Shown piece by piece: positions 63,383-64,000 of a stretch of 64,000 bases of DNA. Under the pieces are notes generated by a model. That model worked only from the letters and a program-made list of their open reading frames with translations, did no database searches and was not told the origin of the DNA. Each line of letters begins with the position of its first letter. The stretch's first letter is position 1. Both the position numbers and the translations under genes were made by a program. This stretch comes from Heterodontus francisci (lineage: Eukaryota): contig NC_090378.1 in assembly GCF_036365525.1 (NCBI RefSeq), positions 98,638,116-98,702,115 of the forward strand. The letters run 5' to 3'.

Positions 63383-64000
63383 GGGCTGAATTTTACCAAC
63401 CTCCCCGATTTTGGGGGTTGTGGTTGGGGGCAGGCAGGAAACCACCTCCGGGTGAGGCCCGCCATGCTCCCCGACACCGGGAAGGCCCATGCCCATTGTA
63501 CCGGCAGCAGCAAGGCCTTGTGGCAGCCACCCTCCCCCCCCACCCCGCCGCTCAGCGACTTGAGCCTTATCTACACGTGCAAAGCATTACTTACCTTGCC
63601 CAATTATACATCCTGCTGCCACTTTGGAAACACTTTCCAATATTCAGGTGAATGGGTATGCCTCACGTGCATTCCTGTTCCCGACTGATAAAAGCCCGGG
63701 GGGGTAAGAAGCTGCAGTGCTTGGAGCCTGTGAAGGTTAGTGTGGTGTGATGGGGGCACAACTCTGCATACGTGTAGGGAGGTGGGAAGGGGAATAGTAT
63801 TACTGGGGGCAGAACTCTGCAAGCATAAAGGGAACAACTACCTCCCTAACGGGGGGCACTCTGTGCCATTGAATGTTTGTGTGGGTGAAGAAACAATGGT
63901 ACGCCAGAAACCCTGTGTGTGGGGAGGGTGCCATAAATGGTAGACGTTTAAAGGTAATCTGCTGGTGGGCCAATCGATGCAACTGCTACAATCTGAATGT
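63383..64000. mobile_element. Second Harbinger-like non-autonomous element (left end)
   Basis: Starts with TIR-like gggctgaattttacc and is GC-rich; no right end seen in the window. Confidence 0.45.

Noticed and set aside
1-64000. Prokaryotic systems (operons, CRISPR arrays, defence islands)
   Set aside because: The sequence is vertebrate: a spliced COLGALT2 exon, SINE/LINE content, and no regularly spaced repeat-spacer array.

Overview
This is eukaryotic DNA, almost certainly a shark (elasmobranch) genome, judged by its HE1-type V-SINEs, DeuSINEs, CR1 LINEs and Penelope-like ends. It is dominated by nested transposon debris, so nearly all listed ORFs are TE remnants or noise. The only confidently identified host coding sequence is the last exon of COLGALT2 (minus strand, 60555-60828, ending in the ER-retention signal RDEL). 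A CpG-enriched candidate first exon at about 42 kb and three small phase-compatible exons near the left edge suggest a second, unidentified minus-strand transcript. The main TEs are: (1) a decayed Gypsy LTR element (13748-22166) inside a DeuSINE, itself carrying a near full-length RTE LINE and a V-SINE; (2) many CR1 fragments; (3) Penelope-like insertions with 12-15 bp TSDs, hammerhead-ribozyme-like motifs and fold-back hairpins; (4) Harbinger and hAT relics. The most unusual observation is a LINE family ('family B') whose 5' end is a tRNA-like Pol III head running directly into an endonuclease/RT region with no visible ORF1. Its sense strand is almost free of TTTT terminators, and a SINE made of its two ends lies in the same window. 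All coordinates were read by eye; TE boundaries are approximate unless a TSD is quoted.
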